NCBI GenBank assembly: GCA_964231325.1
Contig: CAXRIF010000003.1
Coordinates: 866,927 to 930,926, forward strand
Length of the DNA stretch: 64,000 nucleotides
Direction: 5' to 3'
Source: Rickettsiales bacterium
Lineage (GTDB): Bacteria > Pseudomonadota > Alphaproteobacteria > Rickettsiales > SXRF01
Part shown: piece by piece, positions 19,303-28,259 of the stretch
Position numbering within the stretch: the first letter of the stretch is position 1
Layout: each line of letters opens with the position of its first letter
Position numbers and translations under genes: made by a program
The notes under the pieces: model-generated
Database searches by the model: none
What the model was told of the DNA's origin: nothing
Seen by the model: only the letters and a program-made list of their open reading frames with translations

Positions 19303-19902
19303 ATGTATTACGACAAAAAGATAGGAGACCGCTTGCACGAATGTAAGCGGCTTGATTTTTCATTGGACGTGAAAACATTGGATATAGATGGCCGTTTTGC
19401 TGGCTATGCCAGTGTTTTTGATGTGGTAGACAATCATCGGGATATAATCCTATACGGGGCGTTTGCTAAAACGCTTTTGGGAAGAATTCCTTCAATAAAG
19501 CTTTTGTGGCAACACCAGCAGGATGAACCTATTGGTGTCTTCAATCGTATGTTTGAAGATGAAAGAGGGTTGTATGTAGAAGGGCAGTTGTTGCTAGATG
19601 TGCAGCGGGCAAAAGAGGCCTATGCGTTATTGAAGGCGGAGGCCATTAGTGGCCTGTCAATTGGTTACTCGCCTATTAGTTATCACGTGGATGAAGAGAC
19701 GGGGATTCGCCGTTTAAGTGAAGTGGATTTATGGGAAATTAGTCTTGTGACGTTTCCGGCTAACTCCGAGGCAAATGTAACCGTTGTTAAGGGGGGTAGG
19801 CTTGAAGCATATGAGCCTGAATGGGAAACTGCGCGTAAAACGGGCCAGTTAATTGAATTGGCCGATGCCCTTGATATGGCTACGCGTAGCCTGAACAACT
19901 AA
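19303..19902 (+). CDS. HK97-family prohead protease (GTA g4-like)
   Basis: FAGYASVF, LLWQH, GLSIGY, LWEISLVTFPAN. Confidence 0.96.
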   Translation: MYYDKKIGDRLHECKRLDFSLDVKTLDIDGRFAGYASVFDVVDNHRDIILYGAFAKTLLGRIPSIKLLWQHQQDEPIGVFNRMFEDERGLYVEGQLLLDVQRAKEAYALLKAEAISGLSIGYSPISYHVDEETGIRRLSEVDLWEISLVTFPANSEANVTVVKGGRLEAYEPEWETARKTGQLIELADALDMATRSLNN

Positions 19903-19918
19903 ATATCTGAACAGACCG

Positions 19919-19948
19919 ATAGCCCACTACTGACGGGCTATTTTTTTT
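19919..19948 (+). terminator. Intrinsic terminator-like hairpin between protease and capsid genes
   Basis: ATAGCCC-ACTACTGAC-GGGCTAT followed by a T-run to 19948. Confidence 0.6.
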
Positions 19949-19974
19949 GTATTTTTAACCGTAATGAGGAAACT

Positions 19975-21174
19975 ATGAGTATATCTGAAATTACTGAACG
20001 TGTATCGACATTGGGTCATGCATGGGAACAGTTTAAACAAGTGAATGACGCTCGCTTAAATGAGATCGAGCGTAAAGGCAATGCTGATCCGCTTTATAGT
20101 GAGCATTTGCATAATATTAGTAATGTGCTGGATAATTATAAATCACGTCTTGATCAAATTGAGACTGCTTATAATCGTCCATCGCTTGATGATAACGTGC
20201 TGGGGCAAAAATCTACTTCATCTAATGGTGAATATAGCAAGGCCTTCCGTAATTATCTGCGTAAAGGTATGGATGCTGGCCTGGAGGCCCTACAAACTAA
20301 AGCGCTTTCGGTTGGCTCTGATCCTGATGGTGGTTATTTAGTAACGCCTACGATGTCTTCTAAGATTGTACAGGCGATTTTTGAAACTTCACCAATGCGT
20401 CAACTGGCATCAATTGAAACGATTTCATCTGATGCGCTTGAGATGATTGACGATCATGATGAAGCAGAGGCTGGCTGGACTACGGAGACCGCTGTAGTTA
20501 CAGAAACAGACACCCCAACTATTGCGAAACGCAATATTCCTACTCATGAACTTTATGCTCAACCAAAAGCAACACAGAAACTCGTTGATGATGCTGCTAT
20601 TGATGTTGAGTCATGGCTTGCGGACAAAATTTCGGACATTTTTGCCCGCAAAGAGAATACCGCATTTGTTAGTGGTGATGGCGTTGGTCAGCCTCGTGGT
20701 ATTTTAAGCTATGCTGCGGGTACTAGTTGGGGCCAGATTGAACAAATTGATTCCGGTTCTGATGGTGCAGTTACTGCTGATGGCCTGATTAATTTGTTTT
20801 ATTCGCTGAAGGATGAGTATAGCAAACGTGCCAGCTTCCTGATGAATCGTACTGTTGTGCAATCTGTACGTCTGTTAAAAGAAGCAACTACCAATCAATA
20901 TCTATGGCAACCGGGCCTTGCTGCTGGTACTCCGGATACCCTAATGGGGGTACCTGTGCATTTGGCGGCCGATATGCCTGTTGCTGCAAGTGATTCACTT
21001 TCAGTGGCGGTAGGTGACTTCAAATCTGCTTATCAGATTGTAGATCGTCATGGTATTCGTATTCTTCGTGATCCGTTTACCGAGAAACCTTTTATCAAAT
21101 TCTATGCAACTAAACGCGTAGGTGGCGATGTGGTTAATTATGATGCTGTTAAACTGTTGAAATTAGCAGCCTAG
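19975..21174 (+). CDS. HK97-fold major capsid protein (GTA g5-like)
   Basis: DGGYLV, ELYAQPKATQKLVDDA, GDGVGQPRG, RDPFTEKPFIKFYATKRVGG. Confidence 0.97.
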   Translation: MSISEITERVSTLGHAWEQFKQVNDARLNEIERKGNADPLYSEHLHNISNVLDNYKSRLDQIETAYNRPSLDDNVLGQKSTSSNGEYSKAFRNYLRKGMDAGLEALQTKALSVGSDPDGGYLVTPTMSSKIVQAIFETSPMRQLASIETISSDALEMIDDHDEAEAGWTTETAVVTETDTPTIAKRNIPTHELYAQPKATQKLVDDAAIDVESWLADKISDIFARKENTAFVSGDGVGQPRGILSYAAGTSWGQIEQIDSGSDGAVTADGLINLFYSLKDEYSKRASFLMNRTVVQSVRLLKEATTNQYLWQPGLAAGTPDTLMGVPVHLAADMPVAASDSLSVAVGDFKSAYQIVDRHGIRILRDPFTEKPFIKFYATKRVGGDVVNYDAVKLLKLAA

Positions 21175-21179
21175 CTATT

Positions 21180-21227
21180 CTGAAGGTTGTGGGAGGCCCG
21201 CTAATAGTGGGGTTCCCACAATTTCAG
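21180..21227 (+). terminator. Long hairpin after the capsid gene (terminator or mRNA stabiliser)
   Basis: CTGAAGGTTGTGGGAGGCCCGCTA pairs imperfectly with TAGTGGGGTTCCCACAATTTCAG. Confidence 0.6.
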
Positions 21228-21285
21228 TGCGCAAATGCCACAGAGGGTTCTGAAAATTGCTATTTCTCACAGAGTTATTGCTCAT

Positions 21286-21300
21286 TTAATGCTTTTTTAA
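21286..21300. promoter_or_regulatory. CtrA-binding box TTAA-N7-TTAA
   Basis: TTAA-TGCTTTT-TTAA, followed by TTGACC, upstream of the gene at 21364. Confidence 0.55.
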
Positions 21301-21363
21301 GCTCCTTGACCTATGAATGGGCATGAGTTAAGCTATTGAATATTGGTTATAGAGGTTATTTTA

Positions 21364-21726
21364 GTGTCTAAACTTACCCGTACAGAACAAATCATAGCAG
21401 AAAAGACTGTATGTATTTTGCTGGTTCGTGGTGAAAACCCGGATGGTGGCACGATATACGCTTATGTTGCGATCAGAGCAGATAGGCTCGAAGCCTTTAT
21501 GGAGGCGCAGCAGCAAGGTACGTTCTATCCCGAGGATTACGGCATCATTGTTGAATCTGGTGAGGGTGAACCTTCTGACGAAGTAAAAGAAAAAATGACT
21601 AAAGAATATGGGTTTAACCATGATGCGATGCTTGATATAGGGAGCACTGAAAAAGCTCACGATATTAGCAGCAATATAACAACCTACATGACCTCTTCAG
21701 GTGGAGATGAACCTAAGGAAGAGTAG
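21364..21726 (+). CDS. Small hypothetical protein (family with 8244..8540 and 39688..40005)
   Basis: GAGG RBS before GTG 21364; LLVRG..YAYV..PEDYGIIVESGEGEPSDEVKEKMTKEYGF. Confidence 0.8.
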   Translation: MSKLTRTEQIIAEKTVCILLVRGENPDGGTIYAYVAIRADRLEAFMEAQQQGTFYPEDYGIIVESGEGEPSDEVKEKMTKEYGFNHDAMLDIGSTEKAHDISSNITTYMTSSGGDEPKEE

Positions 21727-21757
21727 TCTCTTAGCCGCTCTTAGCCTGTTTTCAATA

Positions 21758-21775
21758 TTCATATAATCGTCATAT
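21758..21775 (+). promoter_or_regulatory. Pho-box-like 11-bp direct repeat
   Basis: TTCATAT-AATC-GTCATAT upstream of 21837. Confidence 0.4.
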
Positions 21776-21836
21776 TTTTGCGTTTTTGATGTGCTATCTT
21801 ATAGTGGGGTAAACTACATTCCCCGAGAGAGGGTAT

Positions 21837-22595
21837 TTGGTGACATCAAGAAGCGGACAATACAGTGGTGGCAATGGTGGCAGATCTCGGTTTGCTATCA
21901 GGGTAGCCAATTTTGTAGACTCGAATAGCTTCCGCCAGTCGGCTGGTTTTACTGGTGCTGAGTTCGTTTCCATGGGGGTTTCCCTAGGGGTTGTTGGTGT
22001 TGCAGATCAGATTGCTCCACATGCATTGGAAAAAGCCAGTAAGGCGCTCTCGAAAGCAGTAATTGAGCCTTATTTGGATAGTATCGAGGGTACGCTAAAC
22101 CGTCTCTGTAAGCTTGAAGAATGTAAAGTTGATACCAGTAAATCACGTGAGGAAAGAGCAGAAAGGCTCGCCCATACGACGATTGTGTTTAGTGCTGCCT
22201 GGGTAATAAGTATGGCGGCAAAAATTGCAACACGTCGTGTGTTAACCCAAAAAATTCCCGCACATGATCCTGATGGTGCACATTACCGTCCGCATCCTGA
22301 TGACAAAAAAGTGTTTAAGATGTCTAAGCACGAGTGGAAACTGCTGGGTGCAGATGAGGGGGTGCATTATGGCTCATTGCTTCTGCTCAATACTAGTGCG
22401 GCAAAAGTTACAGATGAATTGATTAAGACTAGTACAAATATTTTGACGAAATGTGGGATGCCTGAGAAAAAGGCGCATGAACTCTCTTCCATGGCAATGA
22501 TCTGGGAACTTCCTAATTTGCTAGGGTGGGGAGCTGGAGTTGGTGTTATATCGCACTACAACGAGCATGACTGGGGCCAGAAGGCCAAATTTTAA
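21837..22595 (+). CDS. Hypothetical membrane-associated protein
   Basis: 252-aa ORF with several hydrophobic segments; GAGAGGG RBS. Confidence 0.7.
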   Translation: MVTSRSGQYSGGNGGRSRFAIRVANFVDSNSFRQSAGFTGAEFVSMGVSLGVVGVADQIAPHALEKASKALSKAVIEPYLDSIEGTLNRLCKLEECKVDTSKSREERAERLAHTTIVFSAAWVISMAAKIATRRVLTQKIPAHDPDGAHYRPHPDDKKVFKMSKHEWKLLGADEGVHYGSLLLLNTSAAKVTDELIKTSTNILTKCGMPEKKAHELSSMAMIWELPNLLGWGAGVGVISHYNEHDWGQKAKF

Positions 22596-22789
22596 TTTCT
22601 CTTATTGTTATGAATGTTTTGATGCTATCGACCCGATATGGGTGCGAGGATGGGTTTCGTGTATCCATTTTTAGAAAAAACAATCGCTATTTAATTGCAC
22701 ACACATTAGCTGCAAGCTTTGTCCGAAATGGTTGGGCAGTGCCAATATAATATACCCACTATGGGTACTTCTATTTTCTGGAGAATTTT

Positions 22790-23341
22790 ATGACTATATT
22801 GCGTAATCGCTCTTTGGTTCGTGTTGTCGCGCCTACCAATGAACCAATTACCCTCACTGAAGCAAAACTGTATCTACGTGTAGATCGCGCAGATGAAGAT
22901 GTGTTGATTAACGACTTGATTGTGGCGGCACGTATGCACGCTGAATACTGGCTCAAGCGATCTATTTTAACGCAGACATGGAAACTGGCGTATGATGACT
23001 ACCTTACGGAAGAAGTGCTTTTGCCTATGGGCCCGGTAAGTAGTATTGATAATGTTACCATCATAGACCGTGATGAAGACAGTGAAGTCCTCGATAGTGG
23101 CTTGTATTATTTAAATGCCGCTAAAGATGCAATTATTTTTGACGAGTGCTTATCAGCGCATAGAATAGAAATTACCTATGTTACGGGATATGGCGATGCC
23201 TCTATGGTTCCCAAATCTATCAAACAAGGTATGCTTTCGCATATAGCTTCAATGTATGATGGAAGGGGCGAGGGGACTGGGCATGTGCTTCCTGAGCAAA
23301 GCGTGTGTCTTTATATGCCATTTAGAGAGGTGTCGCTATGA
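22790..23341 (+). CDS. Head-tail connector / adaptor (GTA g6-like)
   Basis: EPITLTEAKLYLRVD, AARMHAE, TYVTGYG, VPKSIKQ. Confidence 0.92.
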   Translation: MTILRNRSLVRVVAPTNEPITLTEAKLYLRVDRADEDVLINDLIVAARMHAEYWLKRSILTQTWKLAYDDYLTEEVLLPMGPVSSIDNVTIIDRDEDSEVLDSGLYYLNAAKDAIIFDECLSAHRIEITYVTGYGDASMVPKSIKQGMLSHIASMYDGRGEGTGHVLPEQSVCLYMPFREVSL

Positions 23342-23679
23342 GACGCCGTAAGCACAATACTAGTTCAAAATTGCGGCAAAGGCTTACTCTACAGCAAGAA
23401 ATGCGTACCAGTGATGAGGCTGGTGGGTATACTCGTAGCTGGATTGACATTGCTGACTTATGGGCTGAAATTATTCCTATGCGGGGAAGTGAAAAGGTTT
23501 TTGGCAACCAAGTTCAGGCAGCAGTTACTCACAAAATTAAACTACGCTACCGAGAAGATGTTAAACCGGAGATGCGTTTACAATATGATAATCGGGTATT
23601 CAATATACGCCATGTGATTAACATATCTGAAATGAATGAGGTGCTGGAAGTGCTGGCTGAAGAAGGTGTAGCCGCTTAA
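23338..23679 (+). CDS. Head closure / stopper protein (GTA g7-like)
   Basis: LRQRLTLQ, DEAGGYTRSW, WAEI, THKIKLRYR. Confidence 0.92.
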   Translation: MRRRKHNTSSKLRQRLTLQQEMRTSDEAGGYTRSWIDIADLWAEIIPMRGSEKVFGNQVQAAVTHKIKLRYREDVKPEMRLQYDNRVFNIRHVINISEMNEVLEVLAEEGVAA

Positions 23680-24140
23680 TGGCTTAGTGCAAGTTCCTGG
23701 TTGCGCCTTAATATAGACATAGAAAAGAGTAATAATTTAATGTGCTCGCGGAACCTTGCGACCCATTCACGGTTTGCCTTTAATTTACAACTAACGCACA
23801 AATCTTGAAGAAATTGGATCGCGCTATCAAAGCTGAATGTTTCCAGTGCTGTGATAAACTTTTCGGTATCAGGAAGAGGGATGCGTTTGGCTTGTAAATA
23901 GACCCCCTTGAACAAGCTATGGACGGCATCATGCCATGGTTGATAGGCTTCGGCATAGGCTGGGCCGGCATGTTCTATTATATCTTCCAGATAATATTCA
24001 ACGCGGATTAAGGTGGGCTGATAGAGTTTAAGAAACTGTTCGAAGACACGCTGTGCGCCCTCGGTATCTTCCTCTCCCTTTGGAGGTATTATTATTAATT
24101 CTTCCCCCATACTCACCACTATAGCAAATTTTTGTGACAC
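23676..24140 (-). CDS. Hypothetical protein inserted antisense between stopper and tail terminator
   Basis: 154-aa ORF filling the gap; its stop codon overlaps the stopper stop. Confidence 0.65.
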   Translation of the reverse strand: MSQKFAIVVSMGEELIIIPPKGEEDTEGAQRVFEQFLKLYQPTLIRVEYYLEDIIEHAGPAYAEAYQPWHDAVHSLFKGVYLQAKRIPLPDTEKFITALETFSFDSAIQFLQDLCVSCKLKANREWVARFREHIKLLLFSMSILRRNQELALSH

Positions 24141-24184
24141 TTTTATGAACGCATGCAGATTTTATGCATTGTTAAGGACATAAT

Positions 24185-24589
24185 ATGACGAATTTTAGCC
24201 ATCACGCCCTACACAAGGCGATCTATCAAAAGCTTACCGAAGACGCTACATTAATAAATGCTGTAAATGGTGTCTTCGATCTTGTGCCTCAAGGGCAGGA
24301 ATACCCATATATTACTATTGGGGAGTCCACGACTAGTGATTGGTCAACCAATACGACTACAGGAACTGAGCACTTGCTTACTATTCATGTCTGGAGTCGT
24401 GAAGGTGGAAAAAAAGAAACAGAGTTGTTAATGGAGAGAATTCATACTTTATTACATGATGGCAGCCTGACTATAGACGATCAGACATTAGTTTTAAGTC
24501 GGTTTCAATCCAGCTCTATTGAACTTGAAGGGGACGGGTGGACCAACCATGGGCGAATGCGTTTCAGAATGCTATTAGAAGCTGATTAG
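24185..24589 (+). CDS. Tail terminator DUF3168 (GTA g8-like)
   Basis: ALHKAIYQKL, VFDLVP, YPYITIGE, DWST, EHLLTIHVWSR. Confidence 0.92.
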   Translation: MTNFSHHALHKAIYQKLTEDATLINAVNGVFDLVPQGQEYPYITIGESTTSDWSTNTTTGTEHLLTIHVWSREGGKKETELLMERIHTLLHDGSLTIDDQTLVLSRFQSSSIELEGDGWTNHGRMRFRMLLEAD

Positions 24590-24591
24590 GT

Positions 24592-25317
24592 TTAGGAAGC
24601 AGGAAGATTCTTGGAAAGTGAAGAAATATAGTCTGCATATTGTGATTGCAGGGTTTCCATATTGCCATCGTCACAACTTATCATAGAATACATTTCTTGG
24701 TAGGAGCCCTGTGCGGCAGTTACAATATCGTATTGTAATCGACCTGGTGCGTTCATCGATGCCATTTCCTGGCTTAATGAAGAAATAATAATATGGTAAT
24801 CAGTTGGCATGGCTAACTCGCATTTTTTTAGAAAAAAATGGGTGACTAGAATTTCTTCATAGCGTTTTTTTAGTGCATCTATTTTAGGTTGAATGCCAGA
24901 GAGTGATGACTCTGGGTTATAGACATCATGCACATCTTGCGGTTCGTTTTCTTTAGAAGAAGTCGGAGGAGGCGCGGGAGAAGTGTTTTGAGTTTTTTCC
25001 ATTAATGTTAGCAACGATTCAGCTAAGGACTCTTTCTCTTTCTCGAGTTGTTGCTGCGATATTTGAAGAGTGCCAATAGTCTGATTTGCCTTATATAAGT
25101 TCCAATCGAGCAAGGCGAGAAACAAAGAATAAAAGAATATAATACAAGTTAATTGCAGAGGCTTTGATCGTACAAAATACCTGAGCCAGATTTTGGGGGG
25201 AGAATTAATTTTAAATCTCGGTTCATTTGTTTGAGATTTTCGTTCGTAGTAGTGCCAATAAAGAAAGGCGCCCAGAATTATCAGTAAGAAAAACCAAAGG
25301 ATAAAGCGTGTGAGCAT
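24592..25317 (-). CDS. Hypothetical membrane protein (two TM segments, coiled coil, C-terminal domain)
   Basis: 241-aa ORF translationally coupled to the upstream lectin-like gene. Confidence 0.7.
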   Translation of the reverse strand: MLTRFILWFFLLIILGAFLYWHYYERKSQTNEPRFKINSPPKIWLRYFVRSKPLQLTCIIFFYSLFLALLDWNLYKANQTIGTLQISQQQLEKEKESLAESLLTLMEKTQNTSPAPPPTSSKENEPQDVHDVYNPESSLSGIQPKIDALKKRYEEILVTHFFLKKCELAMPTDYHIIISSLSQEMASMNAPGRLQYDIVTAAQGSYQEMYSMISCDDGNMETLQSQYADYISSLSKNLPAS

Positions 25318-25739
25318 TATTGCTCCTCTTTCACCACGGATTCATTGCATTCGATTTGTAGTTTGCGGGAAATTGCGGATATTTCTCTAATGCGATCATA
25401 AGAGAAGCAGCGATACTCTACCTTGAGTAGTTTATCGGAGCAGCGGATAGCTGGGTCTTTTCCCAGTGTCTCAGTGTTAACTGGTATGGTACACTCTGAC
25501 TTTCCATCACAAAGGTTTGTTACGGCCTCTATCACGTTGTCGTCGCGTAGAGTTTTGGGAGGGGTTCTGTACCTTTGAATACAATTTAGCCCCCAGCTAG
25601 CATGTACTATCGAAATTTTATAAGGGTTATTATCAATAGTAACCACTTGTTTATCTGATGGGGTTTGTGAAGCCTGCCATATGAGCGATATGACAATTAC
25701 GATGGCGGCAATGACAAGCAGGTGAGCTTTAAATGACAT
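25317..25739 (-). CDS. Membrane-anchored protein with SUEL / rhamnose-galactose-binding lectin-like domain
   Basis: ISIVHASWG..C..VTNLCDGKSECTIPV..LGKDP..C..KLLKVEYRC matches the SUEL cysteine pattern. Confidence 0.7.
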   Translation of the reverse strand: MSFKAHLLVIAAIVIVISLIWQASQTPSDKQVVTIDNNPYKISIVHASWGLNCIQRYRTPPKTLRDDNVIEAVTNLCDGKSECTIPVNTETLGKDPAIRCSDKLLKVEYRCFSYDRIREISAISRKLQIECNESVVKEEQ

Positions 25740-25898
25740 ATTGCTTATTATCCAGGTTGTTAGTGGCTTATATGGCAGATTTATATTATGTTACTATGCT
25801 TGTAAAATATTAATATACTGATAAACAATAAGAAAATTTTTTGACGCTGGGTGAATGGTGTTGGGGTAATATCGTTATTTTACAGTGTATTATGCTGG

Positions 25899-25916
25899 CT
25901 GTCATAAAAGTGCCAT
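25899..25916 (+). promoter_or_regulatory. Pho-box-like site
   Basis: CTGTCATAAAAGTGCCAT matches CTGTCATAWAWCTGTCAY at 16 of 18 positions; extra TGTCATAAAA half-site at 25951. Confidence 0.5.
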
Positions 25917-26082
25917 TTTTCTTGAGAGTTTAATTCCTCCTTCTTCTAAATGTCATAAAAAACAAATGTAAGGCTTTGGGCTAACTTGTTATACTATTAC
26001 TGACTGGAAATAGGTGATTTTTTGCATTTGGTGTGCATTCGTTGCCTGATTTATAATACGATGAGGATAGTCAGTAGATAGA

Positions 26083-28077
26083 ATGTCGGGTTTTGGTGAA
26101 AATAGCTATGGTTCTCGAGGGGGCGGTAATACCGTTGTTTCTCCTGAAGACATGCGCCAAGAATATGAACGACTGCTTAGTGGAAAGGGGCTGACAAAAA
26201 GCCTTGAGATTACTACCGATAAAGACGGTAAGGCTAAGTGGATGTTCATGACGCTGCCTGCTGATGTGGCGGGGTTGTTGGAATATGGCTTGAATGTAAT
26301 GAAGCCATGGCTCAACCAAAAGGGTATTGATTTTCTTTATAAAAAGACTGAGAGTGCGTGGAAGTCTTATTCTAAGTCAGATGTTGCTGCGCACAAGGCA
26401 GGGTTAAACGCAGCCAAAATTTTTACGGCTGTTTTGGTGGGATCTGAACCCGTTAATGATCTGGTTCGTATACATTCCGACTACAGAAGCGATCGTAGAG
26501 ATCTTTTCAAAAGTATAGCGCCAGCACTGGATGCATCAGATGGGCGAAAGAAAAATAATGAAGTTATAAAGAAATCGCTAGATCGGGTTCATGGCCATGC
26601 AATGACGAACCTAAAGAAATTTGCTGCTGACCTGCCAACTTTGGCGCTCATCAGTACATATGCTGTATTGGATTATGGCGCTCTACGGGATAGAAAAACG
26701 GCCGAGTTTAAGCGACGTGAGTTGGCCTCAAAGCCTGAAAGCCAAACCTTCTCGGAGCTAGATAAATTGGCTACTCAGAGGCAAGAGTTCTTGGATACTC
26801 AAGAACATAAATTCTTTGAGGAATACCGTAATAAGAAAAACCCTCGTACTGGCAAAAACTATGAAGATGCAGAAATAGAGGGTAAATGGAATACTAAAAA
26901 AGAAGAATATATCGCCGGATTTAGGGCCAAGGATAAAATACGGAATTCTATTCCTCAGGAACACACACATAATAAATCATCTGATCGAGATACCACTATG
27001 TTGCCAGCAATGATTGGTGTGGGTGGTCTAAGTCAGATTCTAAAATCACGGCTTGATAATGCGGATCGTGAAAGACCGAAAATTGCCCTCGACCTTATCA
27101 TGGATTTGCAAAAGGATATGGATCAAGGACATCACGTTAATAACTTAAACAATAGAATTACTGAAATTTTTCAGCAAAATGAACGTGATCATGGAAGAGA
27201 TGTTATTGGCCCAAAACTTCTGCCACAACTTGAACCGGCGATTGGTGCTATTGCAGATGTTATCAACGACGGGCGCTTGAATCCACTGGCTTTGATAAAT
27301 CTGGTAGGTGAGGGCGGTATTATTGTTCGGCATGATGGTATGCGCAGTTTTGCAACAGCGCAACAAGCTGATGAGCTGATTAATAAGCAGCTAAAAATAT
27401 TAAGTTCTAGAGAGCTGATGAAGGCAGAAGAGTTCTTTGCAAACTTTGCTGACCCACAATTGGTAGAACAAACATTGAAAACTAATTTATCTTCGATGCA
27501 AGGCGTAGAAAAGGCAATGTTTGCCTCCCTTTTTCCAGAAGATATTCTGCTGAGGGCCGGTTTAAAAAAGCGTGAGATTGTGGATCTACACAAAGAAGCG
27601 CATGAACATATGTATGGTTTTGTCGCGGCTTCCGTTATTGCTCTTGCGAAAAAAGATCCTGAATATTTGATCAATGCTGGTATTACCGAAAATGACATTG
27701 ATAAACTCAAAGATTTCTCAAAACAGTTGGAGAGTGAAGGCCTGGATGCTGCAAAATCTGTAGTGGATGGTAAGGATAAAACCATCATCGATATTGTTCG
27801 CACGGCTGGCCTGAATGAGCAAATTAGTACAGGTAAAAACCCCTGGGTAGAAAGAGTGAAATCAACCAAAGATACGCATGAAAAGCTTGATAAAGTAGCC
27901 GCTGATAATTCCGCGGATGATAATGCTGAACCGCGTAGGCATGCTTCTGGTGATCGAGATAATGAAGAATATCGTCATCGTAAAAACACCAAAAATCGTG
28001 GTTCGAGCGCTAGGGAGCGGGTGACGTCTGAGCGTAATCGTGACACTGATTCATCCGATGGGCTGGCTATCAGCTAG
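26083..28077 (+). CDS. Large hypothetical protein (664 aa), helical and charged, effector-like
   Basis: Long ORF, no recognised family; disordered charged C-terminal tail. Confidence 0.8.
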   Translation: MSGFGENSYGSRGGGNTVVSPEDMRQEYERLLSGKGLTKSLEITTDKDGKAKWMFMTLPADVAGLLEYGLNVMKPWLNQKGIDFLYKKTESAWKSYSKSDVAAHKAGLNAAKIFTAVLVGSEPVNDLVRIHSDYRSDRRDLFKSIAPALDASDGRKKNNEVIKKSLDRVHGHAMTNLKKFAADLPTLALISTYAVLDYGALRDRKTAEFKRRELASKPESQTFSELDKLATQRQEFLDTQEHKFFEEYRNKKNPRTGKNYEDAEIEGKWNTKKEEYIAGFRAKDKIRNSIPQEHTHNKSSDRDTTMLPAMIGVGGLSQILKSRLDNADRERPKIALDLIMDLQKDMDQGHHVNNLNNRITEIFQQNERDHGRDVIGPKLLPQLEPAIGAIADVINDGRLNPLALINLVGEGGIIVRHDGMRSFATAQQADELINKQLKILSSRELMKAEEFFANFADPQLVEQTLKTNLSSMQGVEKAMFASLFPEDILLRAGLKKREIVDLHKEAHEHMYGFVAASVIALAKKDPEYLINAGITENDIDKLKDFSKQLESEGLDAAKSVVDGKDKTIIDIVRTAGLNEQISTGKNPWVERVKSTKDTHEKLDKVAADNSADDNAEPRRHASGDRDNEEYRHRKNTKNRGSSARERVTSERNRDTDSSDGLAIS

Positions 28078-28184
28078 ATCCCGTTGTGGTTGGGGGCGCT
28101 TAACCACCTAAAATTTATAGTGTATTCTGAGTTTTGATGCTTTTTTTGAGTTTTAGGCTCTCAAATAGCTAACCTCCTTGATCC

Positions 28185-28211
28185 GTCATAAATAATTCAT
28201 ACAAAAGCCAT
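28185..28211 (+). promoter_or_regulatory. Triple 11-bp-phased Pho-box-like repeat
   Basis: GTCAT (28185), TTCAT (28196), GCCAT (28207); TATAAT at 28234. Confidence 0.45.
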
Positions 28212-28259
28212 GGGATTTGCCTGCCTTGTCGCGTATAATCTAAGGTATGGAATTAGGTC

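Noticed and set aside
27189..27869. 226-aa antisense ORF, and the many other short shadow ORFs in the track
   Set aside because: Fully nested opposite longer genes, with no RBS or family motifs
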